Source: an uncultured candidatus Porisulfidus sp. (lineage in GTDB: Bacteria > Pseudomonadota > Gammaproteobacteria > Poriferisulfidales > Poriferisulfidaceae). From it: DNA of 64,000 nt. The translations under genes and the position numbers were made by a program. Positions 54,589 to 64,000 of this stretch are shown here, piece after piece; position 1 is the stretch's first letter, and each line of letters begins with the position of its first letter. The notes beneath the pieces are model-generated. The model searched no databases, had not been told where the DNA came from, and was given only the letters and a program-made list of their open reading frames with translations. The stretch is taken from assembly GCA_965199755.1 (NCBI GenBank), contig CBDASZ010000001.1, forward strand, positions 864,001-928,000, in the 5' to 3' direction.

Positions 54589-57500
54589 CTAGTCTTCTTC
54601 CGGGACCTGCGACAACTCTTCGAGAGGAACTTCCTTGATCACCGGATTCTCCCAGGAGCCGGTGACATCATAGGTTACGACCGAAGCATCATCAATGCCG
54701 GCACCGAACAGCTCCAGTAACTTGTTGCCCAAATAGGCACCGGCCACTCCAATCGGCCCGGCCACGGCACCCGCTGCCACCGGCAGCAATACGCTGACCT
54801 CCGGGGTCGCCACCACTCGCAATTCATAGTCCTCGCCGGTCACGCCAATGCGCCCGGCGATCAGAAACTGCGCAGATGAACCGACGATGCGCAAGCCTTC
54901 CGTATACAAACTGCCCTCCCGGATTGTGAACTCACCTTCCGCCGTCTCATAAGTAAAGCCACCACGCAACACATCATCAAAATCCAGCCGCAAGCGATCG
55001 AAAATCATCTCCATATTCAGCAGTGCCAGCACGCGCGCAAACTCCGGTGCCATCTGCCGGATCTGTCCATCTTTTGCGTTTAGCATGGCCTCGCCCTGTA
55101 CGGCCTTGAAACTATAGTCCGAAGGGCCGCCATCCCAGGCCATATTAAAACTCACATCGCCCACACCGTTGCGCAGGGAACTGTCAATCTCCCAATTCTT
55201 GAGCGTCTCGTGGATATCATCCGAGTGCATCGTTCCGCCCAAGGTGGTTTTTTCATTCTCACCCGGCCCTTCCCACTGGCCCGACAAGTCCGCATGGAAT
55301 TGCTGCGATTCCAGATGCAATTGCTCGATGCGCATGCCTGTTTCATTCGGCCGTGTGCGCAAACTCACATTCTGAAATGGATAACTGCCCCATTTCAACG
55401 AGGCCATGTCAAGGTGTAGTGATGGAATAGATTTCGGATCGGTTGCGCCTTCCTGCATCTCACGAAGTTCTCCGATTTGCTCTGTATGAAACTCCAAATG
55501 CTCGAAGGATCCGATCACAGGATCTCCTGATTTTTCTGGCAGCGTCAGGCTGCCGCGCACCGTCGGTGCGTCAATCTCAAGCGTGCCTCCTGCTTTTTGG
55601 AAATCAGCTGACACCTGAGCTTGCTTCAGATGAAGGCCCATGGCGTCCAGCTCTCCGATATTCAGTTGATAAATTTTCGACAAGCTGCTTTCGCCATCGA
55701 AAGGATGCCGTTTCTGCCAATCGGCCCAGTCCTGAAGATTCACCTTCGGCAAGCTTCCAGTCACGATCAGATCATGCGATGGCAATTCCTCAGGCTCCTG
55801 CCGGCCTAACGCAATGACGCCACGAACACCGGACTCTTCTACCTTCAATCTCGCTCGTGCCTTCGCCCCGTAATCCAGCGTTAGCTGCATGCCTTGAGCC
55901 AGATCCCAATCCGCGCGAAGAGTTGCCAGCAATGACCCTGCCTCGCCGGGCAGGCCCAAAGGTTCCGGCAGATCAATCTTGAGCCCTTGCAGGTTGCTTT
56001 TCACGAACGCCGACACATGCCGGCGGCGAGAAGGCTGCTCCGGCCCCGGCAGCGTCAATTCAATGTCCCATTCCGTGTTGCCTTCGATCCAAGAAAGCTC
56101 GGATCGCATCTCTGGCGGCATGAACACCTGCGGTGCTGCGCGCACGTCCATTTGCAGATTCAATTCACCAAGGCGATTCGTGGTAACGTCAATATTGATT
56201 GGCGCATCCAGAAAATCAGCCTTCAGGAGGCCAGACAGTTTGGCGTCTTCATAACGCACCGTACCGCGCACATTTTCGAGACGGGTATCGCTGGCTTGCA
56301 CCACAATCTCATTCCCCAGCATCCGTAAATCCCCTTGTACGACTGTCGGAACTTTCAATCGATTATCCAGTGATATGCTCACCGCCAGATCCAACTCCCC
56401 GGATCCTTTAAAGCCAACGGAGTTGCTTAGGTCATTCTTCAGGTATTCAATATGCGTCAGAAACTCCGGTATATCCGTCAATGGGCCATTCAGATACGCG
56501 CTGCTGTGCATGTGCATCAAACTGAGGTCTTGTAAGAAAATGGACAGGTGTGACATATCTGCTTTCATAATGCGTGCGGTGTCGCCCGTCACATGCAGCG
56601 ACAGATCGTCCAGATACAGCCGACCGGAAAGCTCGCGCAGCGGCGGCATGCTGGGGTCATAATCAATATCCACCGCATCCAGCTCACCGACCGCCTGCAG
56701 TGCAAACGGAGTTTTGCTCTGTTCGCTTAGAGGAACCTGCATGCGAACATGCCCGTCACGAAACTCCCCGGCTAAAAATGCCTGATAAAGCCAGCGTTCG
56801 TCCGCTGGCAGCAACAGCCCGGACGGCAGCCACTGTGAAATCGACGGCAAGTGGATCCGCTTGATGCGCATATCGACCGCTCCTTGCTTGTCAGGATCAA
56901 TCCAGGCGGCACCTTGCACATGGAATGCCGAATTGTTCAGTTCAAAGTCCTTCACGTACAATCGACAGCAATGCGAGGACTGCTGCAGGTGCATATTTGC
57001 CTGCACTTTTCCAAGATTTTTATTCTTGAAATTCATAGGGGTATAAGAAAATGTTAATCCTTCGGATTCCAGATCAATCTGTAAGGAATCTGCATTTCCG
57101 GTCACCGCACCATTGAGGTGGCCTACCTTCAGCGTACCTTCCGTTTCCACGAAAGCAATATTCCCAAAACGCGCGCTCCAAGTCTGCCATGTGGACCCCG
57201 TCCAGTCATAACGGCCTTGCAACTGATGCGCCATGCCGCTGACATTCTTGATGGGCAAATGCTCCTTCAAGTCAAATCCCGCCTGTTCCGCCAGCGCCAG
57301 CCCAGGTTTCAAATCCAAAGTGTCTGTGTGCACCGATAACAAGCCATCGGCGAACTCGGCGTAACTTGGCCCCAGCACCACTCGCTCGTTCATGCTAAGC
57401 GACTCCAGTGCCACGCGATGCTGCGCTGCGTCACGCTTCCAGAGAAACTCTGCACCCAAACTGTTCCAAGGCGTAGCATCTTCGGGAGCAGCCAGATTCA

Positions 57501-58293
57501 AGCGTGCCGCAACAGAATGCGTCTGCGCGGATTCCCAATCCACCGAGGCCTGCACACTCAAGCGCGTCCTCGAAGGTATCTGATCCGCAATCTCTCCCGC
57601 CCCTTCTGGCAACCATGGGCGAATCACGTCAACTGCGATCTCTTCCAATATCAACTGTCCGCCACCACCGCCCCATGGCGTACCCTGCAGCGACAAATCA
57701 ATCGTGCCCATATCCGGACCCGGCGTTGTATGACGGGCCTTCAGGCTCATGCCGAACAAGCCTTGCGCCAAATCAGCATCGAGTGCCCCCACATTCAACC
57801 GCGCACCTCTCACCGCGTCAGTCAAGACCACGTTGACGTTGCGCAGCCTAACTTCCGACAGGGCTCCGCCTGCGCTGCCTGGCTCCGACAACACCATCCC
57901 TTCCAAAGCCCAACGACCATCCGTAAGACGCTGCACTTCTACAGCCCCTCCTTCAACCGTAATGCCATTGAGCACCGGCGACAGGGTTCTGAGACTTTCC
58001 AGCAAATCTAGCGTGAAAGACACGCGATCAAACTGATGCGCCGCCTCCGCATCCGGGAAACGAACGCTCAAACCTTCAACGATCATGCGTGGTGCCACCC
58101 CCGCCCATTCACTGACCGCACGGTCAATCTCCACCTGCGCTTCAAGTGTCTCTGCAATCTGATCCGCCAAAAACTGTCGGGCGTCATCCAGACTGTAGAG
58201 CAGAACGCGAAAGGCCGTCGAGAACAGTGCAATCGCAATGATCAGGGCGGCTACGGCCAACCATAGAAAAGTTCCCACCCTCTTCCTCTTCAT
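54589..58293 (-). CDS. yhdP: YhdP/AsmA-like phospholipid bridge protein
   Basis: 1234 aa, N-terminal TM, beta-taco-like body, RLRLDF.DV...GF.Y and Y.VTGSWENP. Lies downstream of maf. Confidence 0.88.
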   Translation of the reverse strand: MKRKRVGTFLWLAVAALIIAIALFSTAFRVLLYSLDDARQFLADQIAETLEAQVEIDRAVSEWAGVAPRMIVEGLSVRFPDAEAAHQFDRVSFTLDLLESLRTLSPVLNGITVEGGAVEVQRLTDGRWALEGMVLSEPGSAGGALSEVRLRNVNVVLTDAVRGARLNVGALDADLAQGLFGMSLKARHTTPGPDMGTIDLSLQGTPWGGGGGQLILEEIAVDVIRPWLPEGAGEIADQIPSRTRLSVQASVDWESAQTHSVAARLNLAAPEDATPWNSLGAEFLWKRDAAQHRVALESLSMNERVVLGPSYAEFADGLLSVHTDTLDLKPGLALAEQAGFDLKEHLPIKNVSGMAHQLQGRYDWTGSTWQTWSARFGNIAFVETEGTLKVGHLNGAVTGNADSLQIDLESEGLTFSYTPMNFKNKNLGKVQANMHLQQSSHCCRLYVKDFELNNSAFHVQGAAWIDPDKQGAVDMRIKRIHLPSISQWLPSGLLLPADERWLYQAFLAGEFRDGHVRMQVPLSEQSKTPFALQAVGELDAVDIDYDPSMPPLRELSGRLYLDDLSLHVTGDTARIMKADMSHLSIFLQDLSLMHMHSSAYLNGPLTDIPEFLTHIEYLKNDLSNSVGFKGSGELDLAVSISLDNRLKVPTVVQGDLRMLGNEIVVQASDTRLENVRGTVRYEDAKLSGLLKADFLDAPINIDVTTNRLGELNLQMDVRAAPQVFMPPEMRSELSWIEGNTEWDIELTLPGPEQPSRRRHVSAFVKSNLQGLKIDLPEPLGLPGEAGSLLATLRADWDLAQGMQLTLDYGAKARARLKVEESGVRGVIALGRQEPEELPSHDLIVTGSLPKVNLQDWADWQKRHPFDGESSLSKIYQLNIGELDAMGLHLKQAQVSADFQKAGGTLEIDAPTVRGSLTLPEKSGDPVIGSFEHLEFHTEQIGELREMQEGATDPKSIPSLHLDMASLKWGSYPFQNVSLRTRPNETGMRIEQLHLESQQFHADLSGQWEGPGENEKTTLGGTMHSDDIHETLKNWEIDSSLRNGVGDVSFNMAWDGGPSDYSFKAVQGEAMLNAKDGQIRQMAPEFARVLALLNMEMIFDRLRLDFDDVLRGGFTYETAEGEFTIREGSLYTEGLRIVGSSAQFLIAGRIGVTGEDYELRVVATPEVSVLLPVAAGAVAGPIGVAGAYLGNKLLELFGAGIDDASVVTYDVTGSWENPVIKEVPLEELSQVPEED

Positions 58294-58364
58294 TGCGTCA
58301 TCCTGCCTGGTTGAGATATTTGTGCTGGTTCCCGAACCATAGGCCGAGAGTATTGACGGGCATT

Positions 58365-58976
58365 TTAAGGGGAATTGCCCGGCATTGCGTCCGCTGACGC
58401 ACCACCCGTTACGGAACGAACCCCAAAATCACTTAAAACCGCACAGGTTTCATGCACTGGCAAGCCGACCACATTGTCGTAACTGCCCTGAATATTCTGT
58501 ACTTGATGACCCGCCAGTCCCTGGATGGCATAGCCTCCCGCGCAAGCCGCCGGCTCGCCACTCTCCCAGTAGGCGGCCAACCAAACTTCCGGCAGGATTT
58601 TGAACGTCACTTGCGTCACACAGTGGAACACCTGCTCCTGATCATCAGACAACACACACACACCACTCATCACTTCATGCGCCCGGCCACTCAATTTGTG
58701 CATCGTCGCCATGTAGTCGTCTCGGCCGCGTGGCTTGCCATGCACCACTCCGTCACACACCACCACCGTATCCGCCGCCACAATAACCGCCTGTGCGTGG
58801 CTCTTTTGGCAAGTCCGCGCCTTGCTTTGCGCCAAGCGTAACACCAACTCCGCGCCTGTTTCTTCAGCGTGCGGCGTTTCATCCACATCTGCCGCTGCGA
58901 TCTCGAAATCAAATCCCGCCTCACGCAACAACTCCGCTCGACGCAGCGATGCAGAAGCCAGCACCAGAGGACTCAT
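58365..58976 (-). CDS. maf: Maf-family nucleoside triphosphate pyrophosphatase
   Basis: LVLASAS.RR.ELL, DET, ADTVV, GKP and GSYDNVVGLP. Confidence 0.93.
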   Translation of the reverse strand: MSPLVLASASLRRAELLREAGFDFEIAAADVDETPHAEETGAELVLRLAQSKARTCQKSHAQAVIVAADTVVVCDGVVHGKPRGRDDYMATMHKLSGRAHEVMSGVCVLSDDQEQVFHCVTQVTFKILPEVWLAAYWESGEPAACAGGYAIQGLAGHQVQNIQGSYDNVVGLPVHETCAVLSDFGVRSVTGGASADAMPGNSP

Positions 58977-59332
58977 GATTCCGACAGGGATTCACCCGGA
59001 GGGGCTGACCAGAACTTCTCCAGATCATACAATTGCCTCGCTTCAGGCAGCATGACATGGGCGATCACGTCGCCGGCATCCAGCAAAACCCAGTCGCGGC
59101 TACGCTCTTCCGCAATCCTGCCCGCCCGATGATCCCGCAACTTGGCAATCACACGATCCGCGATACTGCTCACATGTCGGTCGGAACGGCCGCTGGCAAC
59201 AATCATATAGTCGGTAACCAATGTGCGCTCGCGCACGTCCAGCACCACAATTTCCTCCGCCTTCATATCCTCCATCGCCTCAGTGACCAGTTGTCGCAAT
59301 GCGTCAACGTCCGGGCGTAAAGTACCGGCCAT
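58973..59332 (-). CDS. rsfS: Ribosome silencing factor
   Basis: DMKAEEI..LDV, DYMIVASGRS.RHV, WVLLDAGDVIAHVM and YDLEKFW. Confidence 0.96.
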   Translation of the reverse strand: MAGTLRPDVDALRQLVTEAMEDMKAEEIVVLDVRERTLVTDYMIVASGRSDRHVSSIADRVIAKLRDHRAGRIAEERSRDWVLLDAGDVIAHVMLPEARQLYDLEKFWSAPPGESLSES

Positions 59333-59337
59333 TGGCT

Positions 59338-59955
59338 TCAGGCTCCGTACAAATGGTGTCGGCGAATATAAGACCACACCGAACCTGGCAAGCAATAGCG
59401 CGGCGCTTCACCCGCCTGAACCTGCGCCCGAATATCACGCGACGCGCAATTGTAACGGGTGCTGTGCGCCAGATAGATCGCGCCTTCTGATGTGCACTGC
59501 AAATCGGCCGCTTCTTGCGTGCAGTGCTCGCGCCAGGGATCCGGCACGTCAGCCGAGTCAAAGGCTTCCACGCGCGCCATCACCACGATGTGACACAGAT
59601 CCAAAATCTCCTGCGCCCGATGCCATCGCGGCAGTCCGAGCAGTGCGTCATCTCCCAGAAACAGACACACGGGACTGTCGGATTCCGCTTTCAGAGAGGC
59701 CAGAGTATCCACCATATACGACGGCCCTGTGCGATCCAGTTCACGAGAGTCCGCAAGCAGACGACGGCCGTCCGCGACGATATTGACCATATCCCATCGA
59801 TGCTGTGCCGAAGCCTCCGGCGCGTCCCGATGCGGCGGCTGCCCGCAGGGAATCAGGCGGATTTCAGACAAGCTCAACTCCGACATTAATTCCAGTGCCG
59901 GCTTGTAATGGCCGAAATGAATGGGATCGAACATCCCTCCGACAATGCCGCGCAT
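59338..59955 (-). CDS. nadD: Nicotinate-nucleotide adenylyltransferase
   Basis: GGMFDPIHFGH, PPHR, GPSY.VDTL and G.D....LP.WH. Confidence 0.95.
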   Translation of the reverse strand: MRGIVGGMFDPIHFGHYKPALELMSELSLSEIRLIPCGQPPHRDAPEASAQHRWDMVNIVADGRRLLADSRELDRTGPSYMVDTLASLKAESDSPVCLFLGDDALLGLPRWHRAQEILDLCHIVVMARVEAFDSADVPDPWREHCTQEAADLQCTSEGAIYLAHSTRYNCASRDIRAQVQAGEAPRYCLPGSVWSYIRRHHLYGA

Positions 59956-59960
59956 ACCGG

Positions 59961-61709
59961 CTAGAGCCTCTCGATATTCTGAATATTGAGCATCACCGAT
60001 CGATGTCCCTGAAATTCGTCCAGTTGCAACTCGTAGACCAGCCGCAGCCGACTGCCGATGGGTTTTTCCTTCGCATCCCAGCCCAGACGCTCATGTGAGA
60101 AAGCCATGGCCTTGAACTCCATGTCCGGACAATCCACTGGGGCTAACTGGAAGCGCGTGTGTATGTTCTTGAAGACATCGATTTTCTTCACCTCAAACTC
60201 ACCCTCAAAGATCGGCGAAGCAAAATCCTTGCCCCACGGATGACCTGTGGACGCGAACTCCGCATTCTCCAGCGTCAATTCTTTGCCGGGCAACTCCCCG
60301 TCCGTCTCCAGCACAACGCGGGGGCGACCGTCGGCAAACTCTTCCGCGACCACCGCTTCGAACAAAGACTCAAATTCGGCAAGTTTCTCCTTGTGCAGCG
60401 TCAACCCGACCGCTGCTGCATGCCCGCCGTAGCGCACCATCAGATCCGGTGCCTCGCGTTCGACTCGCACCAGCGCATCACGCATATGAAGTCCCTCGAT
60501 AGAACGCCCTGAACCCTTCAAGACACCACCTTGCGCATCCGCAAACACAACCGTTGGTAACCCGTACTCTTCTTTGATTCGCGCGGCGAGGATACCAACC
60601 AGACCCTCATGCCACTTGGGGCGATACAGACACAGCGTGGCTACTCCTTCCGGGTCCAGTTCCATCTCTTTGAGCACCTGCATGGCTTCCGTTTGCATAT
60701 CCTCTTGCTGGATCCGACGGCGCTTGTTGATCTGATCCAGCTCCTGAGCCAAACTGTGCGCCTCGACGCGGCCTTCTGCCAACAGGCAACGAATTCCGAT
60801 TGAAATGTCTTCGATACGTCCAGCGGCATTGATCCGGGGTGCCACAGCGAACGCCAAGTCGGTGCTACTCGCGCGACGCGGGTCTCGCTTGCCGAAACGC
60901 AATAAAGAAATAATGCCCGGCACTCCCTTGCCGCTGCGGATGCAGCGCAAACCGTTCTCCACCAGAATTCGATTGTTTCGATCCAGCGGCACTACATCCG
61001 CAATAGTACCCAAAGCCACTAGGTCCAGAAACTGCGCCATATTCGGTGCCGACCGCGTCTCGCTGAACCAGCCGCTTTCCTGAAGATGCCGACGTAAGGC
61101 CACCATGACATAAAACACGGTGCCCACTCCGGCAAGCGCCGAACTCGGAAAGCAACCATCAGGACTATTCGGGTTGACAATGCAATCCGCGGGCGGCAAT
61201 TCCTCCCCCGGCAAATGATGATCGGTCACCAGCACTCGGACGCCGCGTTCGCGTGCCTGAGCGATGGCGGCCTGACTGGACATGCCATTGTCCACTGTGA
61301 CGATCAATGCGGGAGCACGCTCCAGGATTTCTTCCATTAACGAGACGCACATCCCATAGCCATGACGAACACGGTCAGGCACCAGATAGTCGACTGCTTC
61401 ATGCCCCATGGCGCGCAAACAACGGGTTGCGACGACCACGCCGGTGGCACCATCGGCATCGTAGTCGCCAACCAAAAGGATCTTGCCGGACTCCTGCACA
61501 ACATCGCCCAGCAACGCCGCAGCTTCACGGCACGCAGGGAACTCGTCGACCGGCAGAAGTTGGGCCAGAGACAGTTCGAGATGGTCTAGGTCTGATACCC
61601 CGCGATGCGCAAACACCCGCTGTTGCAGTGGGGGCAAGTCCTTCAATAAATCCAGCGCGCCCGGGGCGGCTTCACGGCGAACAATACGAGGCTGGATTCG
61701 GGTGCCCAA
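59961..61709 (-). CDS. recJ: ssDNA-specific exonuclease RecJ
   Basis: GDYDADG, TVDNG, TDHH, ALGTIADVVPL, PRINAAGR and GGHAAA.G. Confidence 0.97.
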   Translation of the reverse strand: MGTRIQPRIVRREAAPGALDLLKDLPPLQQRVFAHRGVSDLDHLELSLAQLLPVDEFPACREAAALLGDVVQESGKILLVGDYDADGATGVVVATRCLRAMGHEAVDYLVPDRVRHGYGMCVSLMEEILERAPALIVTVDNGMSSQAAIAQARERGVRVLVTDHHLPGEELPPADCIVNPNSPDGCFPSSALAGVGTVFYVMVALRRHLQESGWFSETRSAPNMAQFLDLVALGTIADVVPLDRNNRILVENGLRCIRSGKGVPGIISLLRFGKRDPRRASSTDLAFAVAPRINAAGRIEDISIGIRCLLAEGRVEAHSLAQELDQINKRRRIQQEDMQTEAMQVLKEMELDPEGVATLCLYRPKWHEGLVGILAARIKEEYGLPTVVFADAQGGVLKGSGRSIEGLHMRDALVRVEREAPDLMVRYGGHAAAVGLTLHKEKLAEFESLFEAVVAEEFADGRPRVVLETDGELPGKELTLENAEFASTGHPWGKDFASPIFEGEFEVKKIDVFKNIHTRFQLAPVDCPDMEFKAMAFSHERLGWDAKEKPIGSRLRLVYELQLDEFQGHRSVMLNIQNIERL

Positions 61710-61842
61710 TGGAACGAAAAATTAAGCATTCGGGAGGCGTCACTCGCATTGTACACCGTGGCCTGTCGCAGGGTACAACATGCTGGCAAAAAATTCCCTG
61801 TAACTGAGGTCAGTTGCATGATGCATACATTCAATTCTACTG

Positions 61843-62304
61843 TCACTTGCGCACCCATTTATAGGCACACTTCCTGATCTCGCGGCGGCCAAAACGTCCC
61901 ATTTGCCGACTAGAGTTCCCCTTCCCCCGTGGCAGCATCCATATATTCGTACAGGTGAATCCGGCTTGCTCGACGAAACCAGAGAGAATCAAATCTACGG
62001 GTACTTCTTCACCGCGATACTGCACATTGTCGCTAACCATAATCACCGCTCCGCCCGAACGAATAGTCTGCGCCAATTCAATAATCACCGCAGCCATCTA
62101 CTGTCCCAATCCCTGCGTATCTCGATTGCCTTGATAGGACACCACTTGGCAAATAAAGAGTGGCTGCATGGAAAGCCGCTACGAAAAACGCTGATAAAGA
62201 ACTTGCCTATGCTTGTTCTCATCTCTGATCAGGGACTGGCTCCGAGCAACCGTTGCACTCGGTGCCGTTTTCGTATCGCTGACCAGAGAGATATTGGATG
62301 ACAT
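61843..62304 (-). pseudogene. Remnant of a DNA methyltransferase (amino-MTase/RM-type), with the middle deleted
   Basis: One frame from ATG 62304 with two in-frame TAG stops. N-part has VVSYQGN; C-part has DNVQY.GEEVPVDLILS...GKGNSS.QMG.FGR.E.RK...W. Confidence 0.6.
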
Positions 62305-62391
62305 GGCACGCTATCATTAATTAAGTTTGCACCACGTTTTCAGTACAAAACCGTTAAGCCTCTGGCTTTTTCTTCATGACCGCACCCATAG

Positions 62392-62706
62392 TTATTGACA
62401 AGCAAACAAATAGGCACGCTGCAGACAAACAGTGATGAATTCCCCACTGTCAGCCAATGTACATCTCCAACTTAGTGGGACAGGCTCCTTCCCGTGCATC
62501 GCACATCCTTTTTGTGCTTGTTCGAGAAGAGATTCCTCGGAAGGCCAATCTCCAAAAAGATCACTTCCTCTTCCACTGTGAACAGCCGTCACTTCTACCT
62601 TCGCATCACTTATATCCGTAATGAGTGGTGCAGCCGGTTCTTTTTTGGCACAACCCCCAGCCAGCATCGCTAAAAATATAGTTATCAGGAACTTGTTTTG
62701 CATCAT
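62392..62706 (-). CDS. Small Cys-rich lipoprotein (YecR-like Cys pattern)
   Basis: Lipobox LAGG-C and four further Cys, ending YLFACQ. RBS GGAGG upstream. Confidence 0.75.
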   Translation of the reverse strand: MMQNKFLITIFLAMLAGGCAKKEPAAPLITDISDAKVEVTAVHSGRGSDLFGDWPSEESLLEQAQKGCAMHGKEPVPLSWRCTLADSGEFITVCLQRAYLFACQ

Positions 62707-62748
62707 TTCCTCCGTGCAAGTTTAATTCGCATCGCTTATTTGCACATA

Positions 62749-62775
62749 TCGGAGTATCACCAGGTGATACTCCGA
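62749..62775. promoter_or_regulatory. Perfect 13-bp inverted repeat in a divergent intergenic region
   Basis: TCGGAGTATCACC-A-GGTGATACTCCGA. Confidence 0.6.
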
Positions 62776-62906
62776 AAATATCAACCCAATACCCAAAATC
62801 ACCCTTAACACACCTACATTGCTACAATGCGACACCATTGGCGCATACCAGCGCACTGAAGTTTCATGCCTCCTTGTGAGACCCGACACACCCCTGATCT
62901 CCGCGG

Positions 62907-64000
62907 ATGAGCGAAACCATTCTGTTTGTCACGGGCAAACTTGCCGAACGCAGTCTCCAGCGCGTGCTAGAGACGATGCAACCGACTGAATTCGACTATC
63001 ACATTCAACAGGTCGGTGCCAGCGTGGCGGCACTGATGACGCCCGCCCTGATCCGCAAACGCCTGCAGCCTCCTGAAGGCATTGACCGCGTTCTGCTACC
63101 AGGTCGGATCCGTGGGGATCTGGAGGAATTGAATCAGCATTTTGGCATCCCGTTCGTGCGCGGCCCGGAAGAATTGAAAGATCTGCCTGTCTGGTTTGGG
63201 CAGGAGGCGCTCGCTTCGGATCTCAGCCGCTATGACGTCCGCATCATCGCCGAGATCACCGAAGCGCCCAACATGACGCCTGAGGAAATCCTGATCCAGG
63301 CACAGCAATACCGAAAGGAAGGCGCAGACATCATCGACGTTGGCTGCCTGCCCGGCGTCACGTTCCCGCATCTGGCGGATGTGGTACGCCTGCTGAAACA
63401 GGAAGACTTTGTGGTGAGCATCGACTCTCTGGTGGATGAAGACTTACTCGCCGGCGGACAAGCCGGCGCGGACTTTCTGCTCAGCCTGCGACGGGATACG
63501 CTCTGGATTGCTGATGAAGTGGATTCCGTCCCTGTACTGATCGGCGACAGCAACACCGATCTCGATTCACTGTATGCGGCGGTAGACCAGTGCCTTGCGA
63601 ACGAGCAAGCTTTTATCGCGGACCCGATTCTGGATCCAATTCATTTCGGCTTCACTGATTCCGTCACGCGCTACGTGGAGCTACGCCGGCGCTATCCCGA
63701 CATTCAAATCATGATGGGTATTGGCAATCTGACTGAATTGACGCATGCCGATACCGCCGGGCAAAACGCCTTGATGTTCGGCATGGTCTCGGAACTCGAC
63801 ATCCAGTATGTCTTGACCACCCAAGTCAGTGAACATTGCCGCACCTCCATTCGGGAAGCTGACCACGCGCGGCGCATCATGCGCGCAGCCGCCGAGCAAG
63901 GGCTTCCGCCCAAAGGCATTGACAATGATTTGATGATGCTCCACGAGCGGCACCCCTACCCATACACCGCTGAGGAAATCGCCGAATTTGCCGCTGCCAT
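62907..64000 (+). CDS. DUF6513/dihydropteroate-synthase-like protein (Orf20 type, H4MPT biosynthesis), truncated by the window edge
   Basis: Not in the ORF track. Translated manually: MSETILFVTGKLAERSL...VAALMT...LLPGR.RGDL...GIPFVRGPEELKDLP.WFG...IIAEI..AP...GADIIDVGCLPG...SIDS...ADPILDPIHFGF...MGIGNLTELTHAD. Confidence 0.85.
   Translation, partial: MSETILFVTGKLAERSLQRVLETMQPTEFDYHIQQVGASVAALMTPALIRKRLQPPEGIDRVLLPGRIRGDLEELNQHFGIPFVRGPEELKDLPVWFGQEALASDLSRYDVRIIAEITEAPNMTPEEILIQAQQYRKEGADIIDVGCLPGVTFPHLADVVRLLKQEDFVVSIDSLVDEDLLAGGQAGADFLLSLRRDTLWIADEVDSVPVLIGDSNTDLDSLYAAVDQCLANEQAFIADPILDPIHFGFTDSVTRYVELRRRYPDIQIMMGIGNLTELTHADTAGQNALMFGMVSELDIQYVLTTQVSEHCRTSIREADHARRIMRAAAEQGLPPKGIDNDLMMLHERHPYPYTAEEIAEFAAA

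Overview
Mostly core chromosome of a gammaproteobacterium, inferred from gene content and order. It contains the following blocks: msrPQ/moeB/mobAB; gltA and sdhCDAB-sdhE; glyA-nrdR-rib-nusB-thiL-pgpA; mutL-miaA-hflXKC-hisZ-purA-queA-tgt-yajC-secDF; eno-ftsB-ispDF-yoaA-tsaB; rluC/rne; recJ-nadD-rsfS-maf-yhdP; and two tRNAs (Ala-GGC, Thr-TGT). No CRISPR array, integrase or transposase is visible. The most notable observations: (1) an MMPL/RND lipid transporter sits between two paralogous MpaB/Lcp-like haem oxygenases, the second seen only as a 15-codon C-terminus at the left edge; (2) an in-frame DUF1244-MoeB fusion heads the msrPQ operon, divergent from mobAB; (3) hfq, rng and rlmH are missing from their conserved operon slots and RNase E is C-terminally short; (4) the lumazine synthase has a 12-residue insertion at the assembly-determining loop; (5) two small AT-richer patches hold decayed genes (an AAA+/DUF4143 ATPase and a DNA methyltransferase); (6) a tetrahydromethanopterin-pathway Orf20-like gene runs off the right edge, preceded by a perfect 13-bp inverted repeat. 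All family assignments come from motif recognition, not database searches.
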